Source: an uncultured Haloferula sp. (GTDB lineage Bacteria; Verrucomicrobiota; Verrucomicrobiia; Verrucomicrobiales; Akkermansiaceae). Taken from it: a DNA stretch of 64,000 bases. The stretch is taken from contig CBFGTS010000006.1 in assembly GCA_965652295.1 (NCBI GenBank), positions 1 to 64,000 on the forward strand. The letters run 5' to 3'. The notes beneath the pieces were generated by a model. It ran no database searches and was not told where the DNA came from. It was given only the letters and a program-made list of their open reading frames with translations. This document shows, piece after piece, positions 58,297 through 64,000 of the stretch; the stretch's first letter is position 1, and the number at the start of each line of letters is the position of its first letter. The position numbers and the translations under genes were made by a program.

Positions 58297-59885
58297 ACGA
58301 CAAGCTTGGTTTGGGCAGCCGATTGATGGCTGCGTTGCAGGAAGAGGTCGATGGCGTCGACGATCGCGATCCATGAAGCCTCGATGATGTTCTCGGACAC
58401 GCCCACCGTGCCCCAGGTCGATTTGCCATCGCCGCTGACCACCAGCACCCGCGTCTTGGCGGCGGTGGCGTCGTGGCTGTCGATGATCCGCACCTTGTAA
58501 TCGAGCAGCGAGACCTCCGCGATCTCCGGGTAGAACGGCAGCAGCGCCTTGCGCAGGGCCTTGTCGAGCGCGTTCACCACTCCATGGCCCTCGGCCACCG
58601 TGTACTCCGCTTCGTCGCCCACGTGGACCTTCACCGTCGCCTCGCAGACCGGGTCGTGACCGTCACGATACAGCCGGTAGGAGGTGTGGAATTCCTTCAG
58701 CTCGAAGGGTTTTCCATAGCCTCCCATTTCCTTGCGGATCAGCAATTCCAGCGAACCTCCGGCCGCCTCGAACGAGTAGCCTTCGTGTTCGAGATCCTTG
58801 ATGCGTGCCAGCACCGCTTTGGCTTCCGGCGATCCCTTTTCCAGACCCAGGCCGAGTGCCTCCGCCTTGAGAAGGATGTTCGACTGGCCGCTTAGTTCGG
58901 AAACCAGGATCTGCTGCGAGTTGCCAACCGAGCCCGGCTCGATGTGCTCATAGCTACGGGCGAGCTTCTGGACGGCGTTGACGTGCATCCCCCCCTTGTG
59001 GGCGAAAGCCGTGCGGCCCACGAACGGCGCGCGAGCGAAGTGCGGGTTGTTGGAAACGTCGTCAACGAAGTACGAGAGATCCTTGAGTTGCGTCAGGTCC
59101 GGCACGACTTCGATTCCCATCTTCAGCTGGAGAATCGGGATGACCGAGGTCAGGTTGCAGTTTCCGGTGCGCTCGCCGTAGCCGTTGATCGTCCCCTGCA
59201 CCTGGATGCCGCCGGCCCTCACCGCGGCGATCGCGTTGGCGACCGCCAGCTCGCAGTCGTTGTGGGTGTGGATGCCGAAGGCGGTACCGGGAACGGCCTC
59301 GGCCACCGCCTTGCAGATCACCATCACCTCACTCGGCAGCGTGCCGCCATTCGTATCGCACAATACCAGCACGTCCGCGCCCCCCTCGGCAGCGGCCTTC
59401 AGGGTCGCCAGCGCGTGCTCCGGCGAGGCTTTGTAGCCATCGAAAAAGTGCTCGGCATCGTAGACCACTTCGCGGTCGTTCTCCTTCAGGTGGCGGACCG
59501 TGTCGCGGATCATTGCCTGGTTTTCCTCAACCGTCGTGCGCAGCACCTCGGTCACGTGAAGGTCCCAGCTTTTTCCGAAAATCGTCACCACCGGCGTCTC
59601 CGCCTCCAGCAGTAAACGGACCTGCGGATCGTCCTCCACCTTCACGTCCGCGCGGCGGGTCGAGCCGAACGCCGCCAGCTTCGCGTGGCCCAGCTTCAGC
59701 TTCTTCGCCTCCTGGAAAAACTCGATGTCCTTCGGGTTCGATCCCGGCCAGCCGCCTTCGATGTAATCCACGCCGAAGGCGTCGAGCCGTTGCGCGATCC
59801 GCAGCTTGTCGAGCATCGATAGCTGGAAGCCCTCGCCCTGCGTGCCGTCACGCAGTGTGGTGTCGTAGAGTTGAACGGATTTCAT
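58293..59885 (-). CDS. cimA: Citramalate synthase
   Basis: Motifs YDTTLRDGTQGE, EGGWPGSNPKD, DAEHFFDG, HTHND and FAHKGGMH. Confidence 0.95.
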   Translation of the reverse strand: MKSVQLYDTTLRDGTQGEGFQLSMLDKLRIAQRLDAFGVDYIEGGWPGSNPKDIEFFQEAKKLKLGHAKLAAFGSTRRADVKVEDDPQVRLLLEAETPVVTIFGKSWDLHVTEVLRTTVEENQAMIRDTVRHLKENDREVVYDAEHFFDGYKASPEHALATLKAAAEGGADVLVLCDTNGGTLPSEVMVICKAVAEAVPGTAFGIHTHNDCELAVANAIAAVRAGGIQVQGTINGYGERTGNCNLTSVIPILQLKMGIEVVPDLTQLKDLSYFVDDVSNNPHFARAPFVGRTAFAHKGGMHVNAVQKLARSYEHIEPGSVGNSQQILVSELSGQSNILLKAEALGLGLEKGSPEAKAVLARIKDLEHEGYSFEAAGGSLELLIRKEMGGYGKPFELKEFHTSYRLYRDGHDPVCEATVKVHVGDEAEYTVAEGHGVVNALDKALRKALLPFYPEIAEVSLLDYKVRIIDSHDATAAKTRVLVVSGDGKSTWGTVGVSENIIEASWIAIVDAIDLFLQRSHQSAAQTKLVV

Positions 59886-59984
59886 GGATTCTGCCGGGAG
59901 GCCGGGATGTAGCAGCCTCCACCCCGCCCGGCAACCCACGATGCAGCCAGCCTGTGGATCGCCCACCCCGACGGAAAACGATGA

Positions 59985-60016
59985 AGCCCGCCCCGGAACG
60001 AATTCCGGGACGGGCT
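59985..60016 (-). terminator. Terminator-like hairpin after the PDZ gene
   Basis: 14-bp stem with a UUCG loop on the minus strand. Confidence 0.7.
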
Positions 60017-60042
60017 CTTGTCTTGCCTCCCTGAGAAATCCG

Positions 60043-61113
60043 TCAATCGCCCGCCGGCGCGTCCTCCGCGGGTGCGGGCGGGGCTACCTCCGGCGCGACT
60101 TCGCCCGCGTCGCGGAAACGTCCGCCTTGGAATCGCAGCCGGATGCCGCCGTCACCGAAGCTTTCCAGCGAACTGCCGAAATCGAGGCTGTCGATCCGCT
60201 GCCGCACGTCTTCCGGCGCGGCCGCCTTGTCTTCCTCGGTCTCGTAGGGGCCTTCCCACACGACCTTGCCGTCCGGACCGAAAACCTTGGCCTGCTTGCC
60301 GGAGCCATCGTTGTTGAGCTCCACGCTGCCGTTTTCATCCATCAACCGGATCGAGGATCCCATGCCATCCGACCGGAACTGCATGCCTTCCGAGCCCATG
60401 CTCATCTGGCGGCGCAAACGCTCCATCATGTGGTTGGGAAACGCCTGATCGATGTCAGGCATCGTCTCATCGAACTGGTCGAGCAACTGGAGGTTGCGCT
60501 GCAAGGCGTCGCGCAGCAGGTCGGCGTGGCGGTCCGGCAGCGAATTCAAGCCGCGGTCGGCCATCCCAAAGCCGGGATCCCGCAAGGGTGCCACGTCCGG
60601 AGCCTGCGGCCGCGGGCCGAGCACCACCTTGAATTCCCGGCGCTCGCCACCTTGGATGGCCTCGATGACCACTTCGTCACCGACGGCGCGGCCGGCAGTG
60701 ATGTCGCTGATGTCCTGGCGCGCACCGATGGGCTTGCCATCGAGTTTGAGAATGATGTCGTTCTTTTCGAGACCCGCCGTCGCGGCAGGTCCTCCTTCGA
60801 GAATCTGGCCGATGATCACCCCTTGGCCGTTCTCCAGCTTCAGGTGCTCGGCGAGAAACTCGGGAACGTTCTCCAGCACCACACCGAGATACGGCTTGCC
60901 TGCTTGGAGAGCTTCCGGCTCGGCCACTTCCACCGCCCGCGGGGCGGCCTGAACGCGGCGCGGCGGGGCATTCTCGATCGTCGCCGGCGGCTGCTGCGGC
61001 GGGATCGGAGCGCGGTCGACCGGGGGCTCGATCGCCATGGCCGGGACCGTCGCCACGGATAGGGCGAGGATCGGGAAAAGCTTTGTCGTCATCTTCGGGT
61101 TCATCGTGTTCAC
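60043..61113 (-). CDS. Secreted single-PDZ-domain protein
   Basis: Signal peptide; PYLGV..GGPAATAGLEKNDIILKLDG; no trypsin domain visible. Confidence 0.88.
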   Translation of the reverse strand: MNTMNPKMTTKLFPILALSVATVPAMAIEPPVDRAPIPPQQPPATIENAPPRRVQAAPRAVEVAEPEALQAGKPYLGVVLENVPEFLAEHLKLENGQGVIIGQILEGGPAATAGLEKNDIILKLDGKPIGARQDISDITAGRAVGDEVVIEAIQGGERREFKVVLGPRPQAPDVAPLRDPGFGMADRGLNSLPDRHADLLRDALQRNLQLLDQFDETMPDIDQAFPNHMMERLRRQMSMGSEGMQFRSDGMGSSIRLMDENGSVELNNDGSGKQAKVFGPDGKVVWEGPYETEEDKAAAPEDVRQRIDSLDFGSSLESFGDGGIRLRFQGGRFRDAGEVAPEVAPPAPAEDAPAGD

Positions 61114-61159
61114 TACTATAAGCGCAGTACCTCAGGATTCTCGTCTGCGCATGATTCCG

Positions 61160-61798
61160 TCAGTCCACCTGCTCGGGCAGCACCACGTATTCGACCCGTG
61201 GCACGGTCGTCTCGATCACCTGCCCCTGCTCGTTGAGCAGCTTCATGCGATCCAGAAAAGTCACTTTCACCACCCGCATCGGCTTGGCCTGGCGGTTGTA
61301 GCGCACGCCGAGGTCCTCGGTGCGGCGCACGGCGCTATCGATCGAGGCCGGCTGGAAATGACCCGCTGCCGGGAGCGCTGGCGTGGCCACCGACATCTCG
61401 CTGCGCACCGCCAGCGGAGTCTTGGTGTCCTGGCTGGCTCCGGGGCTCATCTTCACCGCCGTCCATGCGCCTGCCAGCGCCACTGCCGCCGCCGCGGCAA
61501 GCCACGGAAAACGGCTCGTCCCCGAACGTTCCACGGCCGCTGCCACGGGAAAGGGCACGGTTTTCGCCTCCGGCTGAAACGGTACCCGCTCCAGTGTGGC
61601 GGCCAGTTTTTCAGAAAGTGCCGCACTCGGCCGGTTCGGGCGCATCTGCCTCAGCCGCTCCTCGGTTCCTTCCGCCACCGTCTCATCGCCCATCGCCACC
61701 GCGAGGCAATCCAGCAGCACCGGATCGAGACGCCGGGGAACCAGCGATTTCAGCTCGTCTTCGAGGCGTTGGAGTTCGGGTTCCATGGCTTTCATCAA
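61160..61798 (-). CDS. Putative single-TM anti-sigma factor
   Basis: Overlaps the ECF sigma stop codon; central TM helix WLAAAAAVALAG. Confidence 0.7.
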   Translation of the reverse strand: MMKAMEPELQRLEDELKSLVPRRLDPVLLDCLAVAMGDETVAEGTEERLRQMRPNRPSAALSEKLAATLERVPFQPEAKTVPFPVAAAVERSGTSRFPWLAAAAAVALAGAWTAVKMSPGASQDTKTPLAVRSEMSVATPALPAAGHFQPASIDSAVRRTEDLGVRYNRQAKPMRVVKVTFLDRMKLLNEQGQVIETTVPRVEYVVLPEQVD

Positions 61799-62391
61799 AT
61801 CGAGAGGTCGCCCTTGCGTCGGGCACCGGAGAGCTTCTTCTTGAGGGCTTCAAGACCGTAGCGATACCGCGAGGCCGCAGTGTTTGGGGAAATATCGAGC
61901 GCTTCTCCGATTTCCGCGAAAGTCCGCTCGCCCCAGACTTTCATCACGATGACCTCGGCAAACTTCTTCGGCAGGTCCTTCAAGCCGCTCTCCAGCAGTT
62001 TCCGCGTCTCGTCGTCCGAGCCGTCGCCGTCGAACCAAGGATGGAACTCATCCTGCAGCTGCACGATCGAGTCCCCCACCACCTGATCCTCGCGGCGTCT
62101 GCGGCGGTCGTCCTTGCGGCCCAGATCGATCGCGAGCCGGCGCAGCGCCGTGTAAAGGTAGGGCATCCACGCCTCCTGGCCGCCGGAGAATTCGTTGGCT
62201 TCGATCTTATCGACCAGCTTCACCAGGGCATCCTGCAGGATGTCCTCGGCGTCTTGCTGGGAGCGCGTCTGCTGGCGGGCGAAAAGCAACAGCTTCGGGC
62301 CGTGCACGGAGAGCCACTCCCGCCAACTTGTCGGGGTGGTGTTGGAAATCATGGCAGGTTGAGGCGTCACCTGTAGTTCGGGAGGGTTCAT
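61795..62391 (-). CDS. ECF sigma-70 factor
   Basis: DAEDILQDA and LPKKFAEVI..TFAEIGEALDISPNTAASRYRYG. Confidence 0.95.
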   Translation of the reverse strand: MNPPELQVTPQPAMISNTTPTSWREWLSVHGPKLLLFARQQTRSQQDAEDILQDALVKLVDKIEANEFSGGQEAWMPYLYTALRRLAIDLGRKDDRRRRREDQVVGDSIVQLQDEFHPWFDGDGSDDETRKLLESGLKDLPKKFAEVIVMKVWGERTFAEIGEALDISPNTAASRYRYGLEALKKKLSGARRKGDLSI

Positions 62392-62548
62392 GGCTCAAGC
62401 GACGCCTTTTTTGCGGATTGTCTAATTCTCCGGACCGCCGGGTATGAAACCGGCATCCATTCTTCCACACACTTCCGTTTCCGAAGCCACCACACAGCAA
62501 TCCCGCTTCCAGCCCTCTCGATAGGGCGATGCCGATTTCACCCTCGCC

Positions 62549-64000
62549 TCACCTCCCGGCCAACGCCCGGCCGGTCGGCGAATCGGGATTCGCCGCGAGT
62601 TCCGCGGGCGTGCCTACCGCCACCACCCGGCCGCCGCGCTTCCCGCCGCCGGGGCCCAGATCGATGACGTGATCGGCCGCGCGGACGACGTCGAGCTGGT
62701 GCTCCACCACCAGCACTGTGTGGCCCGCCTCGCGCAGGCCGCGGAAGGCTTTCAGCAGCCGTTCCACGTCACCGAAATGCAGGCCGGTCGTCGGTTCATC
62801 GAAAAAGTAAAACGTGTGCGGGGCTGCTGGTTTCGCCAGCTCCACCGAGAGCTTCAGCCGCTGCGCCTCGCCGCCGGAAAGCGTGTCCGCCGCCTGACCC
62901 AGCCGCAGGTAGCCGAGCCCCAGGTCCTCGATCACTCCCAGCAGCGGCGCGAGCTTCGGCACCACCGCGAACACTTGCCGTGCCTCGGAAACGGACAGCT
63001 CCAGCACATCGGCGATGCTCAGGCCCTTGAACGCCACCTCCAGCGTTTCGCGGTTGAAACGCCTCCCCCCGCAGGCCCCGCACGGCACCCAGGCATCGGG
63101 CAGGAAATGCATCTCGATCCTCAGCCGGCCCGCGCCCTCGCAGCGCTCGCAGCGGCCGCCACGCGTATTGAAGCTGAACCGGCCGGGACCATACCCGCGT
63201 TGGCGGGAAAGCGGCAGTTTCGCGAACATCGCGCGGATCAGGTCGAATGCTCCGGTGAATGTCGCCGGGTTCGAGCGCGGACTTCGGCCGATCGGCGACT
63301 GGTCCACGATCACCGCCTTTCCGATGTATTCGAAGCCATCGATGCCGTCGTGCTCGCCCGGCCGGTCCGTCGCGCCGTGGAAATGACGCCGCATCGCCCG
63401 CATCAGGATGTCGTCCGCCAGTGTCGATTTTCCACTACCGCTCGGCCCGCACAGGCAGGTGATCGTCCCCAGCGGGATCCTCACATCCACGTTCTTCAGG
63501 TTGTGCTCCCGCGCCCCCCGGATCACCAGGTCATTGCCCCAGTCCAGACTGCTCTTCACTCCCCGCTCCGCACTCCGCGTTCCGCACTCCAACCACGCCT
63601 TCGTCGGCGATCCCTCCACCTCCGCCATCGGTCCGTTCGCCAGCAAAAATCCGCCCTCCCTCCCCGCGCCCGGCCCCAGCTCCACCAGCCAGTCCGCCGC
63701 GCGGATCACCGCCTCGTCGTGTTCGACGACCACCACCGTGTTTCCCCGGTCGCGCAGCTCCTCCAGCGCCCCGATCAGCCGCCCGGTATCTTCCGCGTGG
63801 AGGCCGATGCTCGGTTCGTCCAAAACATACAGCACCCCCGTCAGCCCGCTGCCCAGCTGCGTCGCCAGCCGGATCCGCTGCGCCTCGCCGCCGGAAAGCG
63901 TGCCGCTCGCCCGGTCCAGTCCCAGATACCCCAGCCCCACGCGTTCCAAAAACGAGAGCCGCTCCTCCAGCTCGCTGACCAACCGTCCGCACACCTCCGC
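62549..64000 (-). CDS. uvrA: Excinuclease ABC subunit A, C-terminal part (5' truncated by the window)
   Basis: LSGGEAQR twice, DEPSIGLH, HNLKNV, GSGKS, RSNPATF and CERC/CGAC zinc finger. Confidence 0.95.
   Translation of the reverse strand, partial: AEVCGRLVSELEERLSFLERVGLGYLGLDRASGTLSGGEAQRIRLATQLGSGLTGVLYVLDEPSIGLHAEDTGRLIGALEELRDRGNTVVVVEHDEAVIRAADWLVELGPGAGREGGFLLANGPMAEVEGSPTKAWLECGTRSAERGVKSSLDWGNDLVIRGAREHNLKNVDVRIPLGTITCLCGPSGSGKSTLADDILMRAMRRHFHGATDRPGEHDGIDGFEYIGKAVIVDQSPIGRSPRSNPATFTGAFDLIRAMFAKLPLSRQRGYGPGRFSFNTRGGRCERCEGAGRLRIEMHFLPDAWVPCGACGGRRFNRETLEVAFKGLSIADVLELSVSEARQVFAVVPKLAPLLGVIEDLGLGYLRLGQAADTLSGGEAQRLKLSVELAKPAAPHTFYFFDEPTTGLHFGDVERLLKAFRGLREAGHTVLVVEHQLDVVRAADHVIDLGPGGGKRGGRVVAVGTPAELAANPDSPTGRALAGR
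63559..63590. repeat. Heptamer repeat (YTCCGCR) inside uvrA
   Basis: CTCCCCG-CTCCGCA-CTCCGCG-TTCCGCA-CTCC, encoding ECGTRSAERG on the minus strand. Confidence 0.75.

Noticed and set aside
62529..62548. Possible additional copy of the GCCGATT..AATCGGC REP
   Set aside because: Only ATGCCGATTTCAC matches and the palindrome is broken, which is too degenerate to call.

Overview
This is a high-GC bacterial chromosomal window. Gene content points to Verrucomicrobia (Haloferula/Luteolibacter-like): a planctomycete-type cytochrome domain, DUF1080, an RsmA-NUDIX fusion and an octaheme-TPR protein. That assignment is inferred, not tested. The backbone is housekeeping: murI, pyrE, carA, purA, uppS, hrpA, def, exbBD, rsmA, metG, prfC, cimA and a partial uvrA. 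It also carries sugar enzymes (kdgK, GH5, GH32), an ACP-less type II fatty-acid/polyketide-like cluster, three toxin-antitoxin pairs and several regulators. I found no rRNA, tRNA or CRISPR array. The most unusual signals are: (1) a roughly 175-nt multi-branched minus-strand RNA structure downstream of two divergent ribbon-helix-helix genes; (2) a GxxExxY nuclease-fold gene enclosed by 30-bp inverted arms built of 10-mer repeats, plus other short-period inverted-repeat elements, two of them in frame inside hrpA and uvrA; (3) a sensor-less BlaR1/BlaI pair whose protease tail copies the C-terminal motif of the lipoprotein transcribed divergently from it; (4) a Cys-rich 17-aa tandem-repeat peptide at the left edge; (5) a degenerate MglA/MglB-like pair with nine SPF/NPF motifs; (6) a MITE in the pyrE promoter and an orphan terminated small RNA candidate. 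All calls were made by eye; no database searches were run.
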